NCBI RefSeq assembly: GCF_018350175.1
Contig: NC_058369.1
Location: 11,286,001 to 11,350,000 of the forward strand
DNA: 64,000 nt
DNA from: Felis catus
Taxonomy: Eukaryota
Direction of reading: 5' to 3'
Shown: piece by piece, positions 1 to 12,299 of the stretch
How the letters are laid out: every line of letters starts with the position of its first letter
Position numbering within the stretch: the stretch's first letter is position 1
Made by a program: the position numbers and the translations under genes
The notes under the pieces: generated by a model
Databases searched by the model: none
What the model was told of the DNA's origin: nothing
Seen by the model: the letters and a program-made list of their open reading frames with translations, nothing else

Positions 1-1150
1 TCTTCTCGCCAGTTTCGGCGCCGCCACGCCACCTACGCGGTTAGGCTCTGGGCGAGGCCACGCCTCTTGGGGGCCAGGCCACGCCTCCCGCGGCGCCAGC
101 CCCCTTCCTTACGTCACCACCAGCACCAAAAATTGGCCACCACAGGCAGTTTTGGCCTCAAAATAGTGCTTCACACTTACCTGTTTCTCAAAGAATAGAT
201 GGGAAGCCCCGCCTCTTTTACACCTGGGTCCAAATCTCAGCCCCAATGGTGAGCCCGCCCACCCCAAGTCTACGCCACCTAGAAGGACGAGGCCACGCCC
301 CCAAGCTAGCGGGCGCGCCCATCCCTTAAAGCTAGACCTCTGCCCTCTGCGAGCGCCCGAGCCTGACACCCGCCCCAGGCCGTGGGTCAAGGTCACATCG
401 CAACAGGAGGCTTCTCTGACCCCCAGGATACTTCGGCCTTCACCTACGGGAAATGGCGCTGACTCCAGAGGAATTCGGTGCCCTTCATGTCACGTGACCC
501 AAACGCGCGGCTTGAGGGGGCCGGGCTCCGAGCCTGCAGCCTTGTCCCTTTCTCTCACTTGCGTCTGCGGCGCCCCGTAGTCCGGCCTGAGACGCACGCG
601 CAAAGCTGTAACCACGCTCTGGGTTACAAGCATCTCCTATAAAAGCCCCGTCCCTACAGGCCGCCTCAGCACAAGTCCCGCCCTCCCCCGCCTCTCATTG
701 GCTCGCACTGCAGGCCTAACCCCTTTCTTTATATGAGACCACGCCCCTTGGCATTTTGTATAAACCACGACCGTGGGGAGCCGGCTTTCCACGGCCTTCC
801 GTTGGCCCCCACGTTTCTGTCCGTAGTGTTCGGGCCTTCCAGCCAGCCAGCTTCCACACCAGCCGTGCCGAATGCCCCTCAGGTCGGCCAGACCGGGACG
901 TCACACGTCGCTCCCCAGATCCACCGTCTGCAACCACATCCCAAACAAGCCCGCCCCTCGCCCTAGCACAGGCCCCGCCTCCCATCCCACCAGAACCCTG
1001 CAAGGGCAGAGCTTCGCCCCCTAGCTCGTAGGCTCGCCTCTGCGGTTGGCCCCACCCCCGCAAGCCCCGCCTTCTTTCCCAGACCTTGAGGAGTTTCTGC
1101 CCCGAGTGCAAGGGAGGAGACGCTTCGACGCCGGTGGTCCTTGGCTCCAG
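1..1150. promoter_or_regulatory. CpG-island promoter with many GC/KLF boxes, a CCAAT box (~697), a palindromic GTCACGTGAC E-box (489-498) and CRE-like TTACGTCA (109-116). Probably the 5' end of ILVBL on the minus strand.
   Basis: High CpG density, repeated CCCGCCC/CCACGCCC and a candidate minus-strand donor (ctcac 555-559). Gene identity is inferred only from the recalled mammalian order ILVBL-OR10B1P-NOTCH3. Confidence 0.6.
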
Positions 1151-1639
1151 CCATCTGGCCTCTAGAGAATGATCTCTCCACCAGCGATGGGGAAGTAATT
1201 CTGGTACTGAGCACCCTGCTTCCTTCCAAAACAAATCTAGTTGTTTCTCGGCCTTTTAGCTAAGACCAAGTGTAGTAACTGTTGTCAGATAAACATCAGA
1301 TACATCCCCTATCCGAGGGTAATATAGTAAATGGATTTTTGGAGCAGGGAGTTGGAATAGGAGCTTGCTCCGCCCACTTCACCCATTCACGTGGTACTGC
1401 AGTACATCCAGGAACTCTGCACCCGCCTGTGGGGGGAGAAGATAAAGATTGTACCATTTTAACATTGGCCCTCATCCCTTGTCAACTTCAGGGATTTCCC
1501 TCTGAGGATTACACCCTGTTGTTAATTTTGTCTTATGTTGAAATCATTCCTACTTTTCATTTCACCCATTAAAAGAAAGAAAAGAAAAGGAAACCCCTTT
1601 GCCCCACATTTTCCACTTATTACTGTCCCTTTGCACTTT

Positions 1640-1854
1640 AAAAAAAATTTTTTTTAATGTTTATTTATTTTTGAGAGAGAGAGAGAGAGAGAGTGGAAGA
1701 GGAGCAGAGAGAGAGGGAGATACAGAATCCCAAGCAGGCTCCAGGCTCTGAGCTGTCAGTACAGAGCCCAACACGGGGCTTGAACTCACAAACTGTGAGA
1801 TCATGACCTGAGATGAAATCGGACGCTTAACCCACTGAGCCACCAGGTGCCCCC
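1640..1854 (-). mobile_element. Can-SINE (SINEC_Fc)
   Basis: tRNA-derived head, (CT)n tract and A tail in reverse orientation. Confidence 0.9.
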
Positions 1855-2134
1855 GCCTTTGCATTTCTTTTTAGCAAAATTCCTCCAGTGAGTTATCTAC
1901 ATCTGCTGTCTCCATAAGACCTCCATCTATTCCCTCTTCAACCCACTCCAACCAGACTCCTCCCCGCCACCCCATGAGAGCTGTTCAGGAGTATTCCAAG
2001 AGTCTCCAAACCCCTCCCTCTCCCTCCTGTCTCTCATCTACCAGCTCAACCCCACTCTCCCTGTATATAATTAACAGGATAAAATACAAACTTCCTAGAC
2101 AGGCCTTCCAGTTGCAATTAAATTCCGAAAGCCA

Positions 2135-2375
2135 ATAATGAAACAGTGATCATTTTTGTTAAGCACTTATTACATATAAGGGCTTGTTCCATACTCTTTG
2201 CATTAACTCATTTAATCCTCACAACAGCCCTGTAACGTAGTTTATGTTATTAATCTCTCCATTTACAGGTGAGGAAACTGAAACACAGAGAGGTTAAGGA
2301 ACTTGCTCAAGGTCACACAGCTTGTAAGTGATAGAGGCACAATGTGAACTCCAGCCGTGCTGCCCCCAGACTGGG
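2135..2375. mobile_element. MIR SINE
   Basis: Core motif catttacaggtgaggaaactgaaacacagagaggttaag...aaggtcacacagc. Confidence 0.8.
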
Positions 2376-2610
2376 AGGACCTCAAGAACAGGTACTGTGC
2401 TTCAACCACATGGCTTCCCCATGCTTGTCACAGGGTATAGCATTTGAGGACCACCCAGACACCCTTGCACTTAACATTGGATTTTATTCTAAGTGAATTG
2501 GAAGGCCAGAGAGGATTTTGAACAGCCTAAGTCACACCAAACCTGCACACAATTTTTCAGAGGGGCTTTATTGGTAATAGCCAAAAGCTAGGAAAAAACC
2601 AAATGTCCCT

Positions 2611-3288
2611 TGTGAAAATCAGTAGAATGAAACCTCATTTAAAATGGAGCTGGGAGGCCAGAAGGGGAGCTCACACACCCTACCACTCACCATCAACTGT
2701 AAACTAAGCACTGAGGGACTTACCTTGCAAGTCTTGAGAACAAATACCACTGAACTACTCCAGCAGAAGGAAGAAAGGTCTTTCTCCTCCCCCAGCAACA
2801 GCCCGACCAAGGAGAGACTGTGACCCCACAGCCATGAAAAAGCCACTATACTTTGAACTCCCAGTTTACTCCAATGGACTTTTGGTTTATAGCAGCTCCT
2901 CCCAACCCTCCCTTTTCCTCTCTAAAGAACTTTCCTTGCCCATGTGCCTCAGACTTGCCTGTAGATTGCGGTGGCCTAGGTATCGTGAATTGTAATTTTC
3001 TGGTCTTCCTGAATAAGCCCATTTTTGCTGATAAATAACTGACAGTTTTATTTTATTTTTTTAAGTGTATTCATTTATTTTGAGAGAGAGAGAGTGAGCA
3101 GGGGAGAGGCAGAGAGAGAGGGGAAGGAAGAGAATCCCAAGCAGGTTCCACACTGTCAGCGTGGAGCCCAAAGTAGGGCTTGAACTCATGAAATGTGAGA
3201 TCATAAACAGCCGAAATCAAGAGTCAGATGCTTAGTCGACTGAGGCACCTGGGGCCCCCAACTGACAGTTTTATTTTTAAGGTTAATG
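2611..3288 (+). mobile_element. ERV-type LTR inserted in an old L1 3' fragment, itself containing a SINE (3045-3258)
   Basis: TG start. The L1 motif aaatgtcc...ttcaacaggtgagtgg is split around it. The inner SINE is flanked by the duplication aactgacagttttatttt. Confidence 0.6.
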
Positions 3289-3590
3289 CCTTCAACAGGT
3301 GAGTGGTTAAACTGTGATCGACCCATACCATGGAACACAACTCAGCAATAGAAGGCAAGCTACTGAAACACACAACGACTTAGATGAATCTCAACATAAT
3401 GATGCTCAGAGAACAGCTGTGTGGTTGCCAGAAGTTGGGGTGGGAGGAGGGAATGGGGGTGAAAGTGGTCAAAAGGTACAAATACCTAGTTAAAAGATAA
3501 ATAAATCCTGGGGATGGAGACCACAGTTACCAGTATTATATCATAGATCTGAAAGTTGCTAAGAGAATGGGTTTTAAAAGTTCTCATCAT

Positions 3591-3813
3591 GGGACGCCTG
3601 GTGGCTCAGTCGGTTAAGCGTCCGACCTCGGCTCAGGTCACCATCTCGCGGTCTGTGAGTCTGAGCCCCACGTCGGGCTCTGTGCTGACAGCTCAGAGTC
3701 TGGAGTCTGCCTCAGATTCTGTGTCTCCCTCTCTCTCTCTCTCTGACCCTCCCCTGCTCATGCTCTGTCTCTATCTCTCTCTCTCAAGAATAAATAAACA
3801 TTAAAATTTTTAA

Positions 3814-3860
<47 letters not shown>

Positions 3861-3862
3861 AA
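3591..3862 (+). mobile_element. Can-SINE with (TAAA)n tail
   Basis: Consensus body; TSD aaaagttctcatca. Confidence 0.9.
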
Positions 3863-4391
3863 GTTCTCATCACAAGGAAAAAAATTGTAATTCTGTGAGG
3901 TGATGGATATTAACTTACTGTGGTCGTCATTTTGCAATATATAGGTATATCAAATCATTAGTCGTGGACCTTAAAGTACAATGGTATATGTCAATTTTAC
4001 CTCAAAAACAAACAGGCTGGGGGAGAGTATTCTCTATCCACAAGCTAAACACCCATACAAAGTTATGCTGAGTGAAGGAAGTCAGTCTCAAAAGGTTACA
4101 TACTATATGATTCCATTGACACAATATTCTGTAAGTGACAAAACCAGAGGACAGATGAGTGGTTTCTGGGGACTAGGGGAGGATGTGACTATAAAGAGGG
4201 TCACACAAGGGAGTTTTCTGGGATGACGACGGCAGTGGCATGTGTTAAAATTCATTGACTTGTACACTTAAAAAAAATCTATTTTAATATATCATACTTT
4301 TAAGTTACACGTATAATTGCATACACATGCGTCTATAGAGAGAGATATACACACACAGTGTAAACAGTTTTTTTAAGATACATTATTAGCA

Positions 4392-5162
4392 GGGGCACCT
4401 AGGAGGCTCAGTTGGTTAAGTGTCTGACTTTTTTTTTTTTTAATTTTTTAAATTGGTTTTAATTTGTTTTAATTGTTTTAATTTACATCCGAATTAGTTA
4501 GCATGTAGTGCAACAATGATTTCAGGAGTAGATTCTTTAATGCCTCTTACCCAGTTAGCCCATCCCCCATCCCACAACCCCTCCAGGAACCCTCTGTTTG
4601 TTCTCCATATTTATGAGTCTCTCATGTTTCATCCCTCTCCCTGTTTTTATATTATTTTTGCTTCCCTTCCCTTGTGTTCATCTGTTCTGTGTCTTAAAGT
4701 CCTCATATGAGTGAAGTCATGATATTTGTCTTTCTCTGACTGACTAATTTCACTTACCATAATACCCCCCAGTTCCATCCACGTAGTTGCAAATGGCAAG
4801 ATTTCATTCTTTTGATTGCAGAGTAATACTCCCTTGTATATAAATACATCTTCTTTATCCATTCACCCATCCACGGACATTTGGGCTCTTTCCATACTTT
4901 GGCTATTGTCAGTAGCACTGCTATAAACATTGGGGTGCATGTGCCCCTTTGAAAAGCACACCTGTATCCCGTGGATAAATGCCTAGTAGTGCAATTGCTG
5001 GGTCGTAGGATAGTTCTATTTGTAGTTTTTTGAGGAACCACCATACTGTTTTCCAGAGTGGCCACACCAGCTTGCCTTCCCAAAGTGTCTGACTCTTGAT
5101 TTCAGCTCAGGTCGTGATTCCAGGGTCATGGGATCCAGCCCCACATCCGGAACCTGCTTGGG

Positions 5163-5212
<50 letters not shown>

Positions 5213-5278
5213 CCTCTGCCCCTCTCTCTGGTTTGTGCATGCTCGCTCTCTCTCTAAAATTAAAAAAAAAATTTTTCT
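4392..5278 (+). mobile_element. Can-SINE split by an L1 insertion
   Basis: Head at 4392-4429; body resumes at 5083. Confidence 0.85.
4430..5082 (-). mobile_element. 5'-truncated carnivore LINE-1 (ORF2 C-terminus and 3'UTR)
   Basis: ORF2-like peptide GTCTPMFIAVLLTIAKVWKEPKCP, polyT, TSD aagtgtctgact. Confidence 0.9.
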
Positions 5279-6064
5279 TAAGATACACTAGCAGAAATAA
5301 GACTAAGAAAAACAAATACCATCTGATTTCACTTATATGTGAAATCTACAAAAAAGAAGAAGGAGAAGGAGGAGAAATAGACAAAAAGCAGAATCCGCCA
5401 TATAAATAAACTGAGAGTTGCTAGAGGGAAGGGGGATAGGAGGATGGACAAAAGGGGTGGAGGGGAGTGGGGGACACAGGCTTCCAGTTATAGAATGTGT
5501 TAACCACGAGAATAAAAGGTACAGCGTAGGGAACACAGTCAATGATATTGTAACAGTGTCATGTGATGATAGCAGCTACCCTGACGTGAGGACAGCATGA
5601 GGTATGGAGATGTGGACAGTAGACTGAACACTAACATAATACCGCATGTCAACCATCCTCAAATTTTTAAAAAATTAACCAAAGATCCACTAGCATCAAG
5701 AAATTTACCAATTTCTTGAAGTAACCGGTAGCCTTGAAAGAGAATTAGGAGAAGGAATAGGTTCCTACCTGTGCGGCGCAAAGTTTTCTTGAACACCACA
5801 TGCAGGAAATATTACTGTTAGACGCTTCACATTTGGGGAAGCAGTGACCTTGCCAGGCCTTCATATTCTCATCAAGCCTCATTTATGAGTTCCAGAGACA
5901 ACATAGGGTCTGAAAATGGCAAAGAGAGATCATCAGTTCAATTGCTGCATGTAATGACCTCCAAGAGAAGGAGAAGGGAAGGGACCCTCCCATGTCTCCA
6001 AGAGGTAAACGGGTCCAGATCTCCAGATCCTGGTTCAGTGGCCAGTGTTTCTAAATGCTCATAC

Positions 6065-6751
6065 ATAAAATGAACAAATCAGGAGACTATAGATGCTGGA
6101 GAGGATGTGGAGAAACGGGATCCCTCTTGCACTGTAGGTGGGAATGCAAACTGGTGCAGCCACTCTGGAAAACAGTGTGGAGGTTCCTCAAAAAATTAAA
6201 AATAGACCTACCCTATGACCCAGCAATAGCACTGCTAGGAATTTACCCAAGGGATACAGGGGTGCTGATGCATAGGGGCACTTGTACCCCAGTGTTTATA
6301 GCAGCACTCTCAACAAGAGCCAAATGATGGAAGGAGCCTAAATGTCCATCAACTGACGAATGGTTAAAGAAATCGTGCTTTATACACACAATGGAATCCT
6401 ACTTGGCAGTGAGAAAGCATGAAATATGGCCTTTTGTAGCAACGTGGGTGGAACTGGAGAGTGTTACGCTAAGTGAAATAAGTCATACAGAGAAAGACAG
6501 ATACCATATGTTTTCACTCTTATGTGGATCCTGAGAAACTTAACAGAAGACCGTGGGGGGAGGGGAAGAGAAAAAAAAAAGTTAGAGAGGGAGGGAACCA
6601 AATCATAAGAGACTCTAAAAAACTGAGAATAAACTGAGGGTTGATGGGAAGGTGGGAGGGAGGGGAGGGTGGGGGATGGGCATTGAGGAGGGCATCTGTT
6701 GGGATGACCACTGGGTGTTGTATGGAAACCAATTTGCCAATAAATTTCTAA

Positions 6752-6781
<30 letters not shown>
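6065..6781 (+). mobile_element. 5'-truncated felid LINE-1
   Basis: ORF2-like peptide [28 protein letters not shown]-rich 3'UTR, (TAAA)n tail, TSD aaatgctcatac (6053-6064 / 6782-6793). Confidence 0.92.
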
Positions 6782-6782
<1 letters not shown>

Positions 6783-7054
6783 AATGCTCATACCGCCTTT
6801 GAGAAGGAGCTCGAGGTACCCAGAGCTCCTTCCAAATTGCTGTAAGCCCTTCCTTGCTTCCACCTGCTTGAGCCAATGGCACCCCCTGGGGCCTCCAGCC
6901 ATTCCCAGGAGGTACAAGTCATACCCGGCTCCGAGCCCCCTCTAAATGCCTAAAAATGAGGGGCGGACCCACATTTCCATCCACCCAAGCAGAGAAATGA
7001 AAGCCAGTCAATCCTCAAGGCTGGAAAAAATAAAGTCCACAGAAACCACAAAAA

Positions 7055-7240
7055 TAGGCATACCTCCAAGGTATCGCAGATTTAGTTCCAGACCACCACG
7101 ATAAAGCAAGTCAAATGAATGTTCTCGTTTCCCAGGGCGTATCAAAGTTGTGCTTACACTATAGTGTAGTCTGTTACGTGCGCAATAGCATCGTGTCTGA
7201 AATAACAAATGCACATACCTTAGTTGAAAAAGACTTTATC
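7055..7240 (+). mobile_element. Tigger1-like DNA transposon left end
   Basis: taggcatacctc...gttccagaccac matches the recalled Tigger1 terminus. Confidence 0.75.
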
Positions 7241-7465
7241 GGGGCGCCTGGGTGGCTCAGTCGGTTAAGCGTCCGACTTCAGCTCAGGTCACGATCTCAC
7301 GGTCCGTGAGTTCAAGCCCCGCGTCGGGCTCTGGGCTGACAGCTCGGAGCCTGGAGCCTGTTTCAGATTCTGTGTCTCCCTCTCTCTCTGACCCTCCCCC
7401 GTTCATGCTCTGTCTCTCTCTGTCTCAAAAATAAATAAAACGTTAAAAAAAATTAAAAAATAAAA
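7241..7465 (+). mobile_element. Can-SINE
   Basis: Consensus body. Confidence 0.9.
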
Positions 7466-7974
7466 GGAAAGGGCATGTGCTCCTTAGAGCCTAACACCCC
7501 TTCCTGTAGCCTGGGATGTAGACACAATGGTCGGAGGTAAAGACGTTACTTTGGACCCAGGGACCGAAGACACGGCTTATAAGGAAAACAGAGTCACTTT
7601 ACCAGCCCCAAACCAACTGCCACCTCTAGACGGCTACATGAGCAAGACGTAACTTCTGTCGGGTTTCAGTTGCTGCGTTTTGGGGGTCTCTCTGTTAGAG
7701 TAGTTCATACTGAACAATAACTAACGTAAATGTTAATGCCAGAAATGGGGTTCTGCCACAATAAAAACCCAAACTCTGAGGCATTACCTTAGCCATCAGG
7801 TAACAGATCATGAGGACACAGAGGCACGGTGGGACATTGGTGACCTGTGTCATGTTAGAGCAAACCATCTGGGAAAACTGTGACGTCTTGCATGACAGAC
7901 AGCCTGGCAAATAGCCAGACTATTTGTGTGTGTTTCCTACTTCCTGCCACTGTTAATAGAAACAGAGATGTGCT

Positions 7975-8202
7975 GGGGCGCCTGGGTGGCGCAGTCGGTT
8001 AAGCGTCCGACTTCAGCTCAGGTCACGATCTCGCGGTCCGGGAGTTCGAGCCCCGCGTCAGGCTCTGGGCTGATGGCTCAGAGCCTGGAGCCTGTTTCCG
8101 ATTCTGTGTCTCCCTCTCTCTCTGCCCCTCGCCCGTTTATGCTCTGTCTCTCTCTGTCCCAAAAATAAATAAACGTTGAAAAAAAAAATTAAAAAAAAAA
8201 AA
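7975..8202 (+). mobile_element. Young Can-SINE
   Basis: CpGs intact; TSD agaaacagagatgtgct. Confidence 0.92.
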
Positions 8203-8453
8203 AGAAACAGAGATGTGCTGGGGTAAGCCAGGATGGAAGGGACTCTAATAACATTAAGGCAGTCTCTCTCCATGCAGGTTATGATTTAAATTGACTGAGT
8301 CTGGTAATTTGGGGCCTCCCCGGGAAGCAGTGATACCAGGTGGCTCTGAGGAGACAGTTCCAGCAAGATGATGGCCCTTGCTCAACAGCCTGAAGAAAAT
8401 GCCAAGGCCCAAGGCAAGAGGGCAGCATTTGGGTTTAAGAACGCTATCAGATG

Positions 8454-8676
8454 GGGGCGCCTGGCTGGCTCAGTCAGTTAATCGTCCAACTCTTGATTTC
8501 GGCTCAAGTCATGATCTCCCCATTCATGAGTTCGAGCCCCAAATCAGGCTCCGTGCTAACAGCTCAGAGCCTGGATCCTGCTTCAGATTCTGTGTCTCCC
8601 TCTCCCTCTGTTCCTCCCCTGCTCACGCTCTATCTCTCTCTCAAAAATAAACATTAAAAAAAAAAAAAAAAAAAAA
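8454..8676 (+). mobile_element. Can-SINE
   Basis: Consensus body, polyA tail. Confidence 0.9.
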
Positions 8677-9499
8677 GGTTAAGGCAGTCAATTTTATGTC
8701 CAGTGTATTTCACCACAATAAAAGAAATGGGGGGGGGGGGGGGAAACTGTGTCCAGGGAAATCTTTGGCTGTACTTGCTTGTACTTGGAGCTGCCTGGAC
8801 ACACGAAGCTGGGGCGCCAGCTAAATATTTTAGAGAAACTGTAAGATGAAAGACTGTTGACTGATTGGCTTATAAAACAATGCCCCAAGGTTGTACCCTA
8901 AGGTCCCCCAAACCATAGCCGCAGGGAATGAAATGAGAAAGCTGGAGAAGTGGTGATGAGGGCCAGAGGTCAGTGAGGAGCCTCACACAGGGCGGAGCCC
9001 AGGACCAGGGAAGACAAGGGACCGAGAACTGGCAAGGGGAGGAGTCTCACAAGCCCCGCCTAACAAGAACGCTAAGTTGCTAATTTCAGTGAGGTCTGTG
9101 TGTCTCCCGTGCTTCTGCTGAAGCTTTGTCGTCGTCATTGTCCTCGTCATCGTTGTTCACTGCGGTTGCAACATTTATCCCACATCTAAATTGGGTTTCT
9201 CTGAAGTTCCTAGGTCGCCGGAACACGAGAAGCCACTACAGGGCTTGAAAGACCCCTCCTATTTCAAACACTGTGCAGTGAACAGATGAGTCGTGTGGGG
9301 CTGCATCCCCGGACAGGGGTGCTGCGTGTATGAGAAGGAGGGGTGCGTGGGTATCATACTGTGCTGAATACAGTGGTACCAGTCTTTCTGGTTCTGCCTG
9401 TCTAGGGAGGTGCCTTCAGATGGTTCAGTATCAGGATATTTGCAAGGCAAACAAACCCTCCTCTCGCTAATGCTGACTGCGTAACTTTGCACTCCGTTC

Positions 9500-10100
9500 G
9501 TCAGTTTCAGCCGTGGTAAAATACACATAACACAAAATTTGCCATCTTCACATGTAACCCACTTACACGTTTGCGGGTCCGGTTCAGTGGTGTGAAGTAC
9601 GTTCGCGTGGTTGTGCGACCATCCCCGCCGTCCCTCTGTCCTTGCGTGGCCGGCTGGTTTCATTTAGCATCATGTCCGCGTGTCCTCAAGGTCCGTCCTT
9701 GTTGCAGCCTGTGTGAGAATGTCCTTCCCTTTTAAGGCTGAATGATGATAATATTCTATGGACACACCACATGTTGCTCATCCATGTATCTATCGGTGGA
9801 CAGTTGCGTCCAACTTTTGGCCATTGTGGAAAACGCTGCAATGAACGTGGGTATACACATATGTCTCTGAAACCCTGCTCTGATTCTGTTAGATAAATAC
9901 CCAGAAGTAGAATCACTAGAAAATCCTACTTTCAATTTTCTGAGGAACCGCCACACTGTTTTCCACGGTGGCTGCACCATCTCGCATTTGCACCAACAGG
10001 ACATAAGGATTCCAATCTCTCCACATCCTGGCCAACGCTTGCCATTTTCAGGGGGATGGCGCGGAGGGGGGGGGGGTTGTCCTAACCATCCTAATAGATG
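9500..10100 (-). mobile_element. Old LINE-1 3' fragment
   Basis: ORF2-like peptide [21 protein letters not shown]. Confidence 0.8.
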
Positions 10101-10594
10101 CGATCATATAACTTTTAACTCATCATTTTGTTTAGACTCATTCTTTCTTGGACTTTTGCAGTTTTTCCCTCAGCAAAGAGAGAGGATGAAAGTCCTATCC
10201 TGCCACAAACACACACATCAAATTCCATTTTCCCAAAAAGGGGGATTAAGGCAGCCCAGTAACACTAAAGGAACACTACAATCCATGATTCCCAACACGG
10301 TGTTCGTGTATTATGGTAACTAATTGGTTTCTAGAACAATCCCCGAGGGTCCCCCAAAATTCTACTAGCAGGAAGTGAGCTGAGAAAAGCTTCAGGAGTG
10401 GCCATGGGAGACACAAATCAGCAAGGAGACTCTCATAGGTAAAAACTAGATTTGGAAAGAAACTGGGCCATCTTTAGTCCCTTTAACTTTCCAAATCCTG
10501 ACCCTCAGTCCTATGCCCCTTGGTAGTGGCAGTGGGTGTGGTGGGAGGTATCACAATTCTTCAAACAACTCTTCATACAAAAGACTTATCTGAT

Positions 10595-11056
10595 ACTATG
10601 GAAGTCGCCCAAGTGCCCATCAATAGATGAATGGATAAAGAAGTGATGTATACATATACACTGGAATATTACTCAGCCATCAAAAGGAATGAAATATTGC
10701 CATTTGCAACAATGTGGAAGGAACTGGAGGGTATTATGCTAAGCGAAATGAGTCAGTCAGAGGAAGACACATATCCTGTGATCTCACTCATATGTGGAAT
10801 TTAAGAAAGAAAACAAAGAAGCAAAAGGAGAAAAATGAGAGAGAGAGACAAATCGAGAAACAGACTCTTAACCACAGAAAGCACACTGATGGTTACCACA
10901 GGGGAGGTGGGGGGGTGTGGGTGAAATAGGTGATGGGATTAGGGAACACACCTGTCGCGATGAGCACTGGGCGATGTATGGAAGTGTCCAATCACTGTAT
11001 TGTACACCTGAAACTAATATTACATTGTATACTAACTGGAATTTAAGTAAGAACTT
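10595..11056 (+). mobile_element. Carnivore LINE-1 3' end
   Basis: cccaagtgcccatcaatagatgaatggataaag...tgtacacctgaaactaata. Confidence 0.85.
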
Positions 11057-11276
11057 AAAAAAAAAATTTTTTTCAACGTTTATTTATTTTTGGGACAGAG
11101 AGAGACAGAGCATGAACGGGGGAGGGGCAGAGAGAGAGGGAGACACAGAATCGGAAACAGGCTCCAGGCTCCCAGCCATCAGCCCAGAGCCTGACGCGGG
11201 GCTCAAACTCACGGACCGCGAGATCGTGACCTGGCTGAAGTCGGACGCTTAACCGACTGCGCCACCCAGGCGCCCC
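11057..11276 (-). mobile_element. Young Can-SINE
   Basis: TSD gtaagaactt; near-identical to the copy at 13898. Confidence 0.92.
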
Positions 11277-11362
11277 TGTAAGAACTTTTTTAAACAACAT
11301 GTTAACGTTTATTTACGTATTTTGGGAGAGACAGAGACAGCACAAGTCGGGGGGGGAGGGCA

Positions 11363-11404
<42 letters not shown>

Positions 11405-12299
11405 CCCAAGCAGTCCCCACACTGCCAGCCTAGAACCCGATGTGGGACTTGAATTCACCAACCATGATCATGACCTGAACCGAAACCAACAGGTGGATGC
11501 TGAATTGACCGAGCCACCCCTAAAAGAAACATTTTAAGAAATCTTATCTGATAAAGGACTGTCATCCAAAACATACAAAGAAAGCAGAAAACTCAATAAG
11601 AAAAAAAATTAATGGTTAAAATGACAAAATTTTGGTTACTTCAATTTTACCACCATAATTTTTTTTTTTGTTAATTCTCCCTACTTTCCCTCCCATCATA
11701 CAACACGGACAGAACAGGTCCAATGGGAAGAGAGCTAGACAATCGTGGACACAACTGCATTTCAGGCTTCGATCCTAACAGGAAAAACAACCAAGGGCAG
11801 GCAGCCTGGGGCTGGTTCAAGGCCCAGAACCAGGAGCAGAAAACCGAGGCCCCCACGTGGGTCCCGCGATCACCGAGGACCGCAGGAGGTGGCAGATGGC
11901 CACACATAGGTCCTAACCCAGCAGGGCGAGGAGGAAGCAGCCCTCGCCCCTAAAAGATGGGAGAAGGCTCTAAGCGAGACCAAAGGAAGCGATGCCTGAG
12001 CCCCTGCCCAGCCCGCCTCGCAGCCAACACTCGCTGGGCAGGATTCGCGGCGCCACCTGCTGGTGACCTTGCTGCACTGCAGACGGCGCTGCATGCCCGC
12101 CAAGTCCAGAACAAAAGGAAGGACCAGGCGGCCTTTCCCTGGACTCCACGGTGGGTCTCAGCCCCTGTCAACTGCCTCACTGGATAGGCGATTTCATTCA
12201 AGGTTGTGGGAGGGCCCCCGGCTTCCAGGTGGGGAGACTGCGCGTCAGGAGGGGTACACGTCCATGAAAAAGCTACAGAGGGCGATGTGGACGGACGGT

